From the human T2T-CHM13v2.0 reference genome, Homo sapiens, in NCBI RefSeq assembly GCF_009914755.1, contig NC_060941.1: DNA of 64,000 nt. One strand, given 5' to 3'. Shown here piece after piece: positions 25,598-64,000 of this stretch. The notes beneath the pieces were generated by a model. It was not told where the DNA came from and made no database searches. It saw only the letters and a program-made list of their open reading frames with translations. Within the stretch, counting starts at the first letter, position 1; the number at the start of each line of letters is the position of its first letter. A program made the position numbers and the translations under genes.

Positions 25598-27846
25598 TCA
25601 ATCAAGGATTTGATGACTGTCCCTGCCCACACCCTATCTTCTCTCCTCTAGGCTGGGCAGTCTCAGGTCTTAGAAATCATTCCTGATGCTCCCTAATATG
25701 TCCAGCCATCCTGGCTTTCTAGGATCCCTGGAGTTGTGCCCCTGTGGGCCCCAGGCCCAGCCTGCACAATGCTGGGTTGCCTCAACGGCCCCTGTCTTAA
25801 GGCCTGCCTCACATGTTCAGATATAAACTTCCTAAAAGCCACCTTTGTGACCCAGCCCCAGCTCTATCTCCAGCTTATCAGCCACCTGCTTCTGAGGACA
25901 AGCTGGCTCTTGCAAGCCAGAGACCATTTCCTCTCCCCCAAGGACTTGCAGCCAATCTCCGATAGCCCTGTCCAGGAGAGGCAATGGACAAAGTGCAGGG
26001 TAGGTGTTTCCTGGTAGTGACTCCTTCCTGAGATAGTACAGAGACCCATCACAGGGAAGGCCCCAGCAAAGACTGAAGAAGCCAGCCAGGCAACTACCGT
26101 ATGTTACTCACAGTTCATTAGGAGCCATGCAAAAAACCACAGTTATCTGCTGCATTAATTAAAGGAGAAGGGGGTGGGGCAAAAGGGAATATTGAATAAG
26201 ACCTGGCAGAGTGGGGCCCTGGCCATGACTCCCAGGCAAAGGGGAAGTTTTTGTAATGAATATGACAGCTGGAGTCTTCCCGCTGGCCTTGGGAATTCAT
26301 CACTGCTTTGAGATGAATTCATCACTGATGGGGCCTGGCTGCTGGTGATGCAATAGCCCCCCAGTGCTGGGCCTCAAAAAAGAATCAAAGAAGGTCCCAA
26401 AAGCCTATGTCTTAGAAGAGGGCTGTAGGGGGAAGCCAGAGGGTCTCAGTAAAACATTGAGTTTTGTCCCAGCTCCATCAAAGGAGACCAGAGAATGGAG
26501 GGCTGAGCCAAGGGCACAGCCTTCCTGGAAACAAATCTGCATTCTCTCTGTTACTCACAAGGTGTGTGACTCTAGACGAGTAACCTCACTGCCCTGAGCC
26601 TACATCACAGAATTGGTATGGAGAGTTAGGTAAACTGGGATGCAGATTTTACACATGGTGAAGCTGGGCCTGGTTTTTTTTTTTTTTTTTTTTTTTGTGG
26701 CTCCTTAAAAGCCTCAGGCCATGGGAGAGGCTTCCACCAAGGTGAGATAGAATCGGGGCATTGTCCTGAGTGTCTGAAACCCTTTGTCTCTCCCTGTCCT
26801 TCCTGGCTCTTGCTTACTTTGCCCTGGGCAGGTGGCAGGCCACTGTGTGGGAGTGAAGGAGCCATGCCTGAAGGGGGGCTGGGGTGGCTAGCCTGTACTC
26901 TGTTACTGTAGCATCCCACCAGCCTGGCCTCGCTCCAGGAGCCCTCGAACTGGATCCCTCTGACCTCTAGGACCGCCCTGCAGAAAGCACCAGGGGCCTT
27001 TCTCTAAAAGATCCACTGGCTCCAGGAGTGTCTCGGTGGCATAACAGCCCAGGCCATGCTATGGTACACCTAAAACTATAGTTATCAGCTCTTAATCCTG
27101 TCCCCCGCAAATCCACATTCCAACCACGCAGAACCTTCTGTTCTCTAAACGTCCCCACGCTTCTGCATCTCTTCCCAGACTGTCTTCGCTGCCTGAAACA
27201 TTCTCCCTGATACCCCGCCTCCTTATCCTAGCACACACGGATCATCATACTCTGATAACCTCAGAAACATGCATTGACCTTCAACTGCGTGCAGTCAGGG
27301 TGAGGAGGGGTGAGGGCGCCAGGAGACTGAGGGTCTGGCCAGAGATAAGACCCACAATTTCTTCCAAACTACAACTTGCTCCGTTCAACATACATACACA
27401 CACACACGCATGCACTTGCCACCCTCCAGGCCTTCGTTCACTCTTCCCTCTCCTTGTGCCCCTTCCCCTATCACCTCGTGCCAAGTAAGACTGAGCTCTC
27501 AAGCCTTCGCTCAGATGCCATCTCTTCCAGGAGCCCTTGCCTGGTGCCTTTCACCCAGAGCTTCTGCCCTGGTTTGGACCTCCCTCAGGATACCCATAAT
27601 GCATGTGTGAATTCTGGCTGGCTCCATGTCCTTTGGCCTCAGTTCCCCCATCTGTTAAATGGAATAGTAACACCTAACCCATGGTGTAGTTACCGAGTTG
27701 ATGAAGTACAGTAACTGACTTGTACTAAGTGCTGAGCAAATGTCAGTCTTTACCACCAGCAGCAGCAGCAGCATTTTAATCTCTGTATCTTTAGCACTGA
27801 GCACAGGGCTGAATACATAATTGGTACTAAATACTTGCTTGGTGGA

Positions 27847-27902
27847 GGGATGGATGGATGGATGGTTGGATGGATGGATGGATGGATGGATGGATGATGG
27901 AT
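27847..27902 (+). repeat. (GGAT)n microsatellite
   Basis: ~13 imperfect GGAT units at the end of an L2-like fragment. Confidence 0.9.
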
Positions 27903-28604
27903 AAATGAGAGATCTAGTATGTTTCCAAAATAAGAGACAATCTTTGCTGGGGGGCGAGGGGGCTAGGAAGAGCCTGAAAGAAACTAACCTTCATCGTACA
28001 CCTGCCATGCATCAAAGCTCAACATATATAAGTTGTCTAATTTGAGCCTCACAATAGCAAGATATTACTGCAGAATAAGGAAGTGGCTAATTCTGAGAGG
28101 TTAAGTCGGTGGATCAGTGTCACACAAGATGTAGTCAGGACCAGGGACTTTGATGGTCCTCGATACCTGGAAGGAGGAGGAGGAGGACTTGCTCCAGGCC
28201 TTAGCTACTGTCAATCTTAGACTGAAAATTCCTAGGGCATCTCTGTGGGCAGGGCAGGGCCACCCCACCCAGGCTGTCACATAAAGTGCTCAGCTGAGAA
28301 CCTAGCTTTGGAGAACAGCAGAAAGGAAAGGCCGGGCCAGCGGAGGTGGCTTGGGGGCTGCCTGTGGAGGGTGGCTGGGGGACTCTCCTTCCTTCTCCAG
28401 CTCCTCCAGCACCACCCTCAGCAGCCTCCAAGAACAGAAGGAGTTAACGCTGGGATTAACTTCTTGAAGGAACCTGAAGTTTTTTAATCCTTGTTCTTTC
28501 CTCCTTCCTTCTCCCTCTCCCTTCCTGATCTTTACTCCGCCTGTGGGTCCCTCCTCCTTACTCTCACCTCCCCAACTCCAAAAACACTCTGATTGCCAGA
28601 CTGG

Positions 28605-28640
28605 GTCAATGGTTAACACTCAACTGGCTTTATATAAGCC
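28605..28640 (+). promoter_or_regulatory. SLC13A2: SLC13A2 core promoter: TATA box plus HNF1-like site
   Basis: TATATAA at 28631-28637, ~100 bp upstream of the ATG. GGTTAACACTCAAC at 28611-28624 resembles the HNF1 consensus GTTAATNATTAAC. Confidence 0.7.
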
Positions 28641-28729
28641 TGCCACCTGCCTGCTTGGCTGCATCTTTGGTCCTTCTGTTACCCAGCTCCTGGAGGCAGT
28701 GGCTGTAGCAGCCCTTGCTGCTCCACACC

Positions 28730-52286
<23,557 letters not shown>

Positions 52287-52466
52287 GCTGGGGCACAGCC
52301 TGGCCATGCCCAGGAAGACCCACCCCATTCCCACTCCTCTGAGCCCGGAGGGGACACCCCAAGCTCCAAGCTCCAAGCTCCAGGCCAAAGGCTGAAAGGC
52401 ACGTGTGTACATAATCTCTTGCGTGTCTGTAAGGAAGGGGTGTATGCTCAGTTTCCTATGTGCTGG

Positions 52467-52472
52467 AATAAA
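52467..52472 (+). terminator. SLC13A2: Proximal poly(A) signal AATAAA of SLC13A2
   Basis: AATAAA 180 nt after the stop, followed by a GT-rich tract. Confidence 0.6.
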
Positions 52473-52777
52473 AGGTGTGTGCATGTGTGTGTGCGCATAT
52501 GTGTGCGCCTGCATGGATGTGAGGGGTGTGTGACGTGAGGCTATCTGAGGGGGGCTGTGTGCATGCACATGATCCTAGGTATGTATGTTGGACAGTGCAC
52601 ACGTGTGTGTTCACAGACAATACAACATGCCCTCTCTGGTGCCCCAGGTCTTGGTATCCCCAGCTTAGTGACCAGACTTACTTGCACTGTATTTATTGAA
52701 ATTCAGGCTTGGAGTGGCCTGGGAGGAGGGCCTGCCAGCAGCTGCCACGGGAACAGCCTCTGGGCTGTTAAAGTCAC

Positions 52778-52798
52778 ATTAAAGTCTTTTTCAGTAAA
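52778..52798 (+). terminator. SLC13A2: Distal poly(A) signals (ATTAAA, AGTAAA)
   Basis: ATTAAA at 52778-52783 and AGTAAA at 52793-52798, with T/GT-rich sequence downstream. Confidence 0.55.
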
Positions 52799-55579
52799 GT
52801 CTGGGATGGTTTTTCATGGCACTCTCCAGGGCTAGTCCCCAATGTGGTTCAGACCCCAGGTTGGGGGAGTCCAGAAGGAGGGGGCCTGGCCTTTGTCCTA
52901 TATGCAGCCCCCTTGGCACCCCTCCCACCCAGGGGGGAAGGTAATGGCCGGGCATCCCTGCCAAGGCCCATCAGAGTGGGCGCAGCCACCTAGGAGAGCA
53001 GCACTGACATCACTGGGCCTGGCTAATTGGGAGCTGCCAGTCCCTGCGTGTCTTTGGGAAAACCAGCTTCCCCGTTCCCAGAGCACTCCCTGGGTATTTA
53101 CATAAAACCCTCTGCCCCTGCCAATTCCTCATCGACCCTTCCTCCAGCTGGAAAAACCGGTCCCACCAGGCCAGAGAAGGCAGGCTGACCTGTGCTGGGT
53201 GCCCAGAGGACCGACCCTCATCCTGCAGCACAGCAACAGGCTGGAAACTGGCATGGCCTTCAGAGTCCAGGACCAGAAAACTTTGGATGATTCCGCCTCC
53301 CCCACCCCACCTCCACCCGGCCTCCCCACACTCCCCCACCCCACATCCTCATGGACTCCAGAGTTTTCATTTATCTAGCAAGGTGGGGGTGGGGATGGGG
53401 AAGAATGACACCGTATCCATCGTTCCATCTGCGAGCCAAACAGCCCTTCCCTGCTGGAAGTTCATCTTTGTGTTGATGCTAAGTCTCGCCCACTGTGGAC
53501 AGTGGCGTGTCAGCCTTGAGTTCATCCAGAAGGAAGCTTCCTAGAGTCTCACCCCATCCCCTCCTCCTCCAGTGGGACAGAAAAGAGATATTTCTCATCA
53601 CCTTCATGCCCAAATGAAAAAGGGGGCTGGGCTGTGAAGAGAGAAAACCAGAAAGGATTTCCTTCTGGATCCCCCTGGGCCGGGCTTTCACTGGGTCCTC
53701 CCAGAGCTGGGGGTTGGAAGTGCAGTTAGGAGGGGGCACTGCGTGGGGGAGTACGTGGCTGTCCCCAGGGGACAGGGGGTCCTGACAGGACACGCCAGGC
53801 ATCCCAGAGAGCCAGGAGTGTCAGGCGGGTGGCTCCAGCCCCACCCTGGTCCCCCAGGCTGGCATTCCTCACTCATGAAGCACAGCCATAAATCACAGCT
53901 CCCACTCAGACCCACAGGAGGACCCCCTCCCACCCACCAAAGCCCCAGGCAACAGTCCCCTGCATTGGAAACGGCTGGCCCCAGAATGTTGGGGCTCCCC
54001 CAGTGGCCTACCCACAATGCAGTGGCTCCCTAAGGAGCAGCCCAGCTCCATCTGCAAGGAGGACCCTCTGCTGCCACTTCCTTCTGGACCCTGGCTGGGG
54101 AAAAGGAGAGTGTGCTTCTCAGGGTGCACATGCCCTGCCCACTGTTCTCGGCACACTTCCCCCTCAGTCCGGCTCAGAGAGGGTCAGGTGTGGACTGAGA
54201 TCACACAGCAGTCCCAGAAAGTGAGCACCCGGTTGGCCCTGCATTCTCCAGGAAGGAGGTGGACGCCAGCCAGCCTGAGGGTCGACAGTTTGGCTGCGGT
54301 GGATGCCCTGGCAGAGCTCTGGGGCCAAGCCTCCCCTAGGTGCTCAGAAAACACCCTCTTTAGCAGGCAGGAGGGTGGACAGGCAGCAGGTGGCACCTGT
54401 CGGCCTAATCACCATCATTAACTGGGCAATAAAGCGGCACGGCCTGGGCTAGTCTTTGAAGGAAGGGCCCGCCAGCCAGGTCAGGTTTACACAGGCAGCC
54501 CGGCAGCTCGGCTCCACACACACTCCAGGCTGCGGCAGGTAGATGGGCCCTGCTGGGACTGAGTCTGCAGCCTCGCTGCCCAGGCACCCACACCCCATCA
54601 TTGATGGCTTCTAGGAAGTTAGCAGTGAGCTTTGGGTGTCTCCTACCAGCTGGACTTGTGCGGTGCTGGGACTCAACAACTTCTGCGGTAGTGAGCATCC
54701 CATTGCTAAGATCAACAAGTCTGGAAGTGACTTGAGGACAGTCTGCCTGATTCGAGCTGTGTCCCCAGTTCCTCCACAGGGCCTGGCACAGCAAATAGTG
54801 CATGAAGGAGGAATGTGTGGGAACTATACGGGAGCTTCTTGCTCCCAGAGGGAAGCTGGACACGCTCCCCTCCAAGCCTCTTTCCAGACTGCCGTGTGTG
54901 GAGTGCTGTGTGACTTTGAGAAATATCTTGACCTCTCTGGGCCAATGTCACCTTAAGCTCAGCAGATAGGCCCAGATTTCTGAGCCGACCCATAGTGTTC
55001 CCCTGACCCTGTCCCCTGAGGTCCTGGGAGTGTCCCTGTTTCCCTACTCCCTCCTCCTGCCAGCCAGCACCAGCCCTCTATGGCAACCACAGGGCCCAGG
55101 GATAGGTGGAGCTTGTTAGGGAGCTTGTGGAGGCAGGAGCAGGGCTGTCCACACCACTCTCTGAGTTCACCTGGACCTGGGCCCCGGCCAAAGTGCGCTC
55201 TAGAGGTTAAGGTCATTGGCCCCAGAGTAGGCTCCTTGGGGGCGCAGGCCATGACTTCCTATCTCCTCACAGTCTTGGAGGGGAGGCTGCTTTCTGAAGG
55301 AGGGAGGGAAGGGTGGAGGAAGCTAGGGAGTGTTGGGTCAGGGGTCGAGTAGAACTGGGTGGGTGAAGTTCTGGTGGAGTACCAGTCTCCAACCCTGCAG
55401 CCTCCACCCCAGTTTGGCAAGGGAAGGGGAAGGGGGTGTGCAGAGGAGAAGGCAAGGAAGGGAACAGAGCAGCCTAGTTGGAAAGAATGTGACAGGGACT
55501 CAGAAGAGTGCTCTGAAGGGTGGAAAGACCCACAAATGTGTGTACGTGGAGTCACAGATCCTTGGGTACCCACAGAACC

Positions 55580-55990
55580 CATAGACACATGCACAGACAT
55601 GGATACCCGGGAACACACAGTTACACACATTCACACACAAACACTCATGCATACAACATTACAGGCTCTCACAGCCTGAAAGACACACAGGACCACCCCC
55701 AGAAACACACACAGACATACACAGCCACAGCCACCTGTACACACACAGTCGCTCAGACGCCTCTGCACCCCGTGTCAGACCTGAGTGTTCTCGCTGCATG
55801 TGGCTACCCACATTTAGACACAGATTCTGGCACGGACATACCCAGTAGCACATTACAGCTCCACAGACTTCAGGCGCACCCATGGTGACACGTGAAAGTG
55901 AGAACACAAATGTAAATACGTACACACTCATGCAGAGGTACACATGTACTTACACAGACACTGACACCAGTGAAAACACACACACCCCAG
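55580..55990 (+). repeat. CA-rich low-complexity tract
   Basis: Degenerate (CA)n/(CAGA)n; a similar tract lies at ~60500-60830. Confidence 0.75.
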
Positions 55991-57259
55991 CATTGCTTCT
56001 CCCACCTCCACAGCAGGAGGGATTAAGACAAGAGGCGAGAAGCCCTCCCCACCCAGCAGGACTCTGTGTTCCTCCCCCACCGACCCCCCCACCAAGCTCT
56101 CAGATTGGAAACTCCCTGGATTTCCCAGGGGGTCAGCCAACCAGAACAGGCTCAGACCTCGGCCCAGCTGCCCCGCCACACGCCCTCCACAGCTCTGGGT
56201 GCTTCTCCATCAGCCACAGCCAATGAGCTGTCTGCTCTTCCCCAGGAAGCTCACCCTAATTAACCCCAGATCTCCCCACCCCTTCTTTGACATGTGGTCC
56301 CTGGGCCTCAGGGCCTCATGGCAGCTTTGCTTGGGCCCTGTTCCTCTGTGGATGTTCTTCAGTGTCTTGCACACCAGTGGAGTGAGACTTGGAAAGCAGC
56401 AGGCTCAAATCTTGGGAACTCACTTTGGAAAAGCAAGTCCAGCCTGCATGAGCGGAAGCAGACAGAAGATGGCCAATCCAGATGCAGGGTTCAGGGAGGG
56501 GTCCCCCTCCTCCATCACATTGGGGCTCCCAAGGGTGGGCACATGCTCTTCCTTCTTCCTAGCGTCCCTAGGGTCTTTCCCCAGACTGAAGCATAGCAGA
56601 CATGGGCCCCAGGGATTTCCATCCCCAGCCAGGGCTGTTTTCTGGCCCAAAGCAGCCCAGCCCTGGGCACAGCTCAGCAGCATACAGTGAACTGCTTCTG
56701 ACCTCCAGTATTCAGAGGGACAGAGCTTTCTCTGGCCCCAGCCTGTCTAAGCATCTAGCTGCAGCTCCTCCAGGCCAGAGCCCAGCTCAGCTCCATCTGA
56801 GGACCTGAAATGAGGGTGCTGGAGTGTGTGGGACCAAAACTCCAGACAAAAGTCCTTTCCCAATACTGCAGCAGCTGGAGTTGAGGCTAGACACCAGGAC
56901 AGACTTTCTGGGCCTAAGAGAGAATTCTGGAGGGCTGGTGTGATGAGAGAAGGAGGGGATGGTCCTATCTAGAGACAGAGGAGAAACACCTCACAAATCC
57001 CCTTTCAGTCCAAGGACTGTGGCAATCCCAAGGTTCCTGTTTCAACTCCCAGACTGCATGCAATGAGGAAGTCATGCTTCCCAAAGGAAAGAGGGAGCCA
57101 GAGCCAGAGCCTACACCCATTCCTGGGGCAGAGGTGGATCCTGATTTGGAAGAGAAAGAAGTTCATCTCACCCGCCAGAAGCAGTCTCACTGTGGGAGGT
57201 GATAACTACAGTCTCTCCTGGGCATCCCATCAGGGCCTCCCTGAGACCCTTGGCCCCTG

Positions 57260-59345
<2,086 letters not shown>

Positions 59346-60999
59346 TCAACTTACAACTTTTGTGGTTTTCTGTGCCCAGAGTATCCATACAGAAATATCT
59401 GTGAGTCTAGAAATAACAATTAGCTCTGTGTACATCAGATAGAAGCAGTTAGCAAACACCCAGGTCTTGATAGCTGCCCTTTCACTGTGAAACTCCGTAG
59501 ACTATTAGGGTTAAGGGAGCAGAGCTTTGACTGCTACTGTGAGTCCCAGAGAAAGGTGGATTGAGTCAGGGCCCCTCTCCTAACCCCAGAACACAATTCT
59601 TATACTGGAGTGGGCATGCCAGCACGTCCTCATTTCTTTCCCAGCACCACTGGCCTTGGTGAAGAGAAAGGAGCCACTTGTTTACTGAGCATCTACTATA
59701 TACAAGGGGTTGTGCTGAGAACTTTAGACATATAAATTTATTTAATCCTCACAACCACCCTGTGGGTGAGTATTACTCCCTTGTTAACAAATGAGGAAAC
59801 TGAGGCTCAGAGTGGGGAGTATGGAAGATCACACAGCTAACCATCACTTACAAATGGGTTCATTGCTGTCTGCCCCTGCATCCTCTTTTCTGAAATGGAT
59901 ATTTAGTACAGAACATTTTCCGCCTCCACTAAGAACTCTCTAAATGTTTTAGCATGCTCCACACTTGTGCCAGATGACCACCACTGTGCCCCGGCCAGGG
60001 TTGATATTACCTCTCTCCTTGGAATGAGATAGTCACTGGGGAAGAGCTGACTTGTCCATACCCTCAGGCCAGAAGCCAAATCCCAGAACTTGCTGGGCAG
60101 CAGTGCTGGTACTAGGTCCTTAGAGCCTTTAGCTCCAGGAAGAGACACAAGTGGGCTTAGAGGCCAGTGCAAGGGTCAGGGAGATGGAGGAGGGAAAGAA
60201 TGACCAGGGACAGGAGACAAGGGGATGGAGGGCAAAGAAGATGAAAAGGAAGCAGAGAGAAGGAGGTGAGGACAGGGTCTGGGGGAACAGCAGAGAAAGC
60301 TGTCAGGGAGCAGGGACAGGCTCCAGGCCTGAGTCCAGCTGGGACCAGGGAAGCCAATTCCTAGGGCTTCACCCTCAACATGAACTCTAAGGGGCCAGAG
60401 ACCAGGGCAACAGCCACTCAGGTTTCTGTTTCTATCCTCCAAATAATGAAGAGTAGCCTGGGATGAAGACACAGAACCAGGGAGCCCCCATCTCCACCCC
60501 CACAGACACCCACATGCTCACACAGGACTAGGTTGCTGACCCACAGCAGAGACGTGTGCACAGACATGAGCATGTCAACACACGGACGACACACGGGCCT
60601 GGGTCCGGGGACACAGAGACACAGACACAGGGGAAGACATGCAGACACACGCCCACCCAGGAGACAGATGTACAGACCCAGGGAGAGATGCAGACAGACT
60701 CGCATGTATCTGCCCCTGAGGGAGAGGGAGATGGGAGTCACCAGCACATGCTCCAGTGGGTGCACACGCCCCCACCCACAAGGAGACACCCTCGAGGTGC
60801 TGCGGGAGCTGTGGAGAGACAGACAGATGGCCGGCCCCATGGACAGACAGTTCCCAGCAAATCTGTGCTAATGCTTGGCCCTTGAAGGGCCCAACCTGTC
60901 CATGCCGTGCCTCAGAGAACCCTGGGCTGCCACCCAGCGCTGTTCCCCAGAACCTCATGAGTGGGCTCCATGAGCATACATGTGGCGGCCAGGCTCTCC

Positions 61000-61360
61000 T
61001 GACACACGTGCATGCTCCAACAGGCCTGTGCCCCACCTGTGGGTGGGGGGGCGACATCTCCCTTCTGGAGTGCAGGCGGGGGCCACGGGACAACCCCCTC
61101 CTCTACAAGCCACAGGCTGTGCGCACTGGCAGGGACAGGGGAGGGGGCCTGGGCTAGCTCAGGAGGAGGGAGGGGTTGGGGGGCCAGGGTGCGGCTGGGG
61201 CGGGCACGGGAGCCGGTACCTGTCAAACAAGAGCCAAGGAGCAAACTAGCTTCTTAGTCACCTTTCTCTTCTCCCCGTTTTGGCGCAGCCCCTCCGGGCA
61301 AGGGGAAGCTGATATCATAATTATTGGCTCACCTGGCAGCTGCCTCCCCTCACCTGATGT
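61000..61360 (+). promoter_or_regulatory. FOXN1: Putative FOXN1 distal promoter
   Basis: GC box GGGGCGGG (~61197-61204), CTGTCA at 61220, and AT-rich CATAATTATTGG (61316-61327, reverse CCAAT) upstream of the exon. Confidence 0.5.
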
Positions 61361-61460
61361 CAGCACAGACACAGGACGGCCGAGCTGACGGACTGACAGA
61401 CGGACAGAGCTCCTGGCCCCCCAGACCCGGGCCCCCACGCCGACCTGCTTCACTGAGCAG
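61360..61460 (+). other. FOXN1: Probable non-coding first exon of FOXN1 (5' boundary approximate)
   Basis: Strong donor CAG|gtaaga at 61461 and a CpG-enriched, ATG-free exon ~8.6 kb past the SLC13A2 3' end. FOXN1 is the known downstream neighbour with a distal non-coding exon 1. No FOXN1 coding sequence is in the window. Confidence 0.7.
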
Positions 61461-64000
61461 GTAAGAGGAGCCCCGGCCCAAGTCAGCCGTGGAGGCCAGC
61501 AGGGCCGGGCTGGGGCACGGGGAGGGCGTTCGCCTTTTTAACGGGGCTCAGGAGTGACGGGGAGCACCCAGGTTCTCACTGCAGCTCAAGGGAGACTCAG
61601 AATTCGGGTGAGTGCCTGGAGGCCAAGGGGCACCCCTTCCCCCACCTCCCCCTCCAGTTCCTTTTCTAGGTTGTCCAACTTTAATCCCTCTTGCTGTGGT
61701 GTGGGTCTCATTCTGGTGTGTGCTGGATTTTGTGTGTGTCTCTGTGTGTTGGAGATGCGCTCACCCACCCTGTGCTGGGAGGAAATGAGGACTCAAAAGT
61801 GTTAGATCTGGAAAACTAGAGCTGAAAGGCAGGGGGCCAAGTTCTCCATGTAGTGGTTTTCCAGGTGAAGAAGGGAGAGCCCAGCTCTGGGAGCTGGGGA
61901 GCACCAAGGGTGTGTGCAGATCAAGGAATTGCTCAACATCTCCACGCAGCCTGGGCTGGGGTCTAGATGCCTGGGCCCATGCAGAGGCCTGGGTTGCAGA
62001 AAGGAGATGGTGCACCTTGTGGCGAAGCAGACAGGTGGCAAACAGGTGCTGTGGCCATGAGTTGATGCTGGGCTTAGGGCAGAGTCGCCTCCTATCCCCA
62101 GCTCCATTTCTCTCCCGCAAGACCCCTAAGGCAGAGTCCTGGTGAGCAGAGCTGGGCCAGGCAGGGAGCCCTGAGGCCTTTGGGGCCTAGAGTTGGGGGC
62201 GTGGGAAGTGAAGGCCCTTAGGGAAGTGGCCGAAGCAGCAGGAAGCCCCTGCCAGCTCCCCCGACTCCTCCCCACCCACTACCCGCTCAGATAAGGTTCT
62301 GGCATTCCCCGTGGAGTCCCCCAGGCCCTCCCTAAATATCCAAAGAAGCCCGTTGGATGAAGAGTAGACTCTAGCAAGTGGGCGTGTTTGCCTCTTCTCT
62401 CGGCACCTACAGGCATGGGGGATATGTCTGGATGTGCTTTGTGGCAATGCACAACTGGTCAGTGGGAAGGGACCCGGGCGGAGGGGCTCATCTTGGGAAG
62501 TCATCCTATCCATCCCCTGCCCCTATGCCAGTCATTGCCCACATCGGGCAGGGCTGCCCCTCCTAGTTTTCCTAATCCCTGAAGGAGAAAATCTGGTCAG
62601 TTTCCTCACAATCATGAAGTCCTTCCTGGAGCCTCTCTGAAGTCTTTACTGCTGCAGGGTCCAGCTCTGCTTGCCCGGTAGCCTTCTTCCTCCCGCACTG
62701 AGGAACACTAGTTCCTCGGATCCGAGGGCGGCGTTGCACTGCAGTCCTGTCCCCACCGGGCTTGGCTCAGAACCTTTTACCATCTTGCTCATTCCCTGAC
62801 CACAAGACACAGGCAGTACAAGGGCACCCCGAGTGGATGGGGGAAGGGGCAGGGCCTCCTATCCTGGTCCCTTTCTCTTGTGGCTCTGTGAGGGGTCCAG
62901 GGTGAGCCAGGCAGGGACAGAGCCAGGCTGAGTCCTGGAGAGGGGCAGACGGGGTGAGGGCTGCCCCAGGTTGGGGATCCTCAAAGGCGAAGGAGCCACA
63001 GGGAGAGGCGCATGTCCTCCCGGCTCCCCGCCCAGCCCCGCCCCGCCCGCGCTGCCTGTGCGAGCTCAGCTCCCGGCTCCAGGGCCTGCCGAGGCACGCT
63101 GCACCCCCAGGCCCGGCGCCTCACTCACTCCCAGAGCCAGAAACCTGTTCTCCCGGGAATGCCAGGGAGTTCTCAGAGGACTTTATTTCCCAGGGGCTCA
63201 GGGAGCCCCAGAATCTTCTGGACCAGTGGGTCCTGGGAAACTAGAGAAAAATTAGGGGGCTTAGGACCCCTCCCTGCTCCCCAGCTTTGTCTCATCCACG
63301 CACTGACGCCACATTGCCTCCAACCAACAGCCGTCTTCACCGTGAGAAGGCTTCATCGCGAGAAGGCTTAGGAAAGTTAAAGACAAGGGGGAAAGCCCAC
63401 TGGTGACATGCACCTTCTGTCATGTGCCATCCGTTGCCTCAGGGAAAGCCTTCCTTTCCCCCCATCCCCCAGACAGTCCCATCTGGCCTCTAAGAAAGCA
63501 ACATATCGCCTCTTTCCTTGGACTCTTCACCTTCTCTAGCTAGGAAGTCCTTCCTGATGTCTAACCTCTCCCTTTCTGGCTTGAGTTGACACCTGGTCTT
63601 CATGGACCAGCAGAACCCCCATTGCCTGCACAGGGCCCAGGCACATAGGCAGAGACTGTTCTAAGTCACAATGAAATGCCCTGGTTGCTTGGGCGCTGGC
63701 AGGGACAGAAAGGCCCCACTCTCGCTGCGCCTCTTATTCTCTCTGACTCCACATTCTGACGAAGTTGCGGTCCACTTCTGCCTGCCTCCCCATCTGCCCA
63801 TAACAAAAGGATGGAGGGGACCGAGGTCCTGCAGGTATGCCCTCCCCTCTGTCCTTCCAAATCACAGCCTGCCATCCCTGCTGTGGCTGGCAGAGGGGAG
63901 TTCAGGAAACCAGGATTGGCTTCTGCAGCAGGAGTGACTGACAGAGTTCAGAGAAAGTTCTCAGCATTTTAGGTTGAGTTTGACTGGACTATGTGACCAC

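Noticed and set aside
55359-55943. Thr/His-rich ORFs
   Set aside because: Translation of CA-rich low-complexity DNA.
62950-63380. GC/CpG-rich patch as FOXN1 coding exon or second promoter
   Set aside because: No FOXN1 peptide in any frame and no convincing splice-site pair; cannot be supported from sequence alone.

Overview
Human genomic DNA, recognised as the SLC13A2-FOXN1 locus (17q11.2, from memory). The + strand carries the complete 12-exon SLC13A2 gene (NaDC1 Na+/dicarboxylate cotransporter). Its CDS runs 28730-52286, every intron is GT-AG, and the exons sum to 1779 nt (592 aa + stop). An in-frame alternative exon-3 acceptor would add 49 aa. A probable non-coding first exon of FOXN1 lies at ~61360-61460. 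The first ~25 kb is a dense nest of transposons: ERVL/MaLR/ERV1 LTRs, L1s, DNA transposons, many Alus and two SVAs in inverted orientation. One old L1 there hosts both an intact-ORF RPS7 processed pseudogene and a tailless U6 fragment. I cannot confirm a new biological system. The least-explained structures are a perfect 87-bp inverted repeat with an associated 29-bp direct repeat in SLC13A2 intron 1, a tiny A-tailed retrocopy of an LTR promoter-proximal segment, an alternative splice acceptor built inside an Alu TSD/tail, and reuse of one L1 endonuclease site by an Alu and an SVA. Repeat subfamily names come from recalled consensus sequences and need RepeatMasker/Dfam confirmation.
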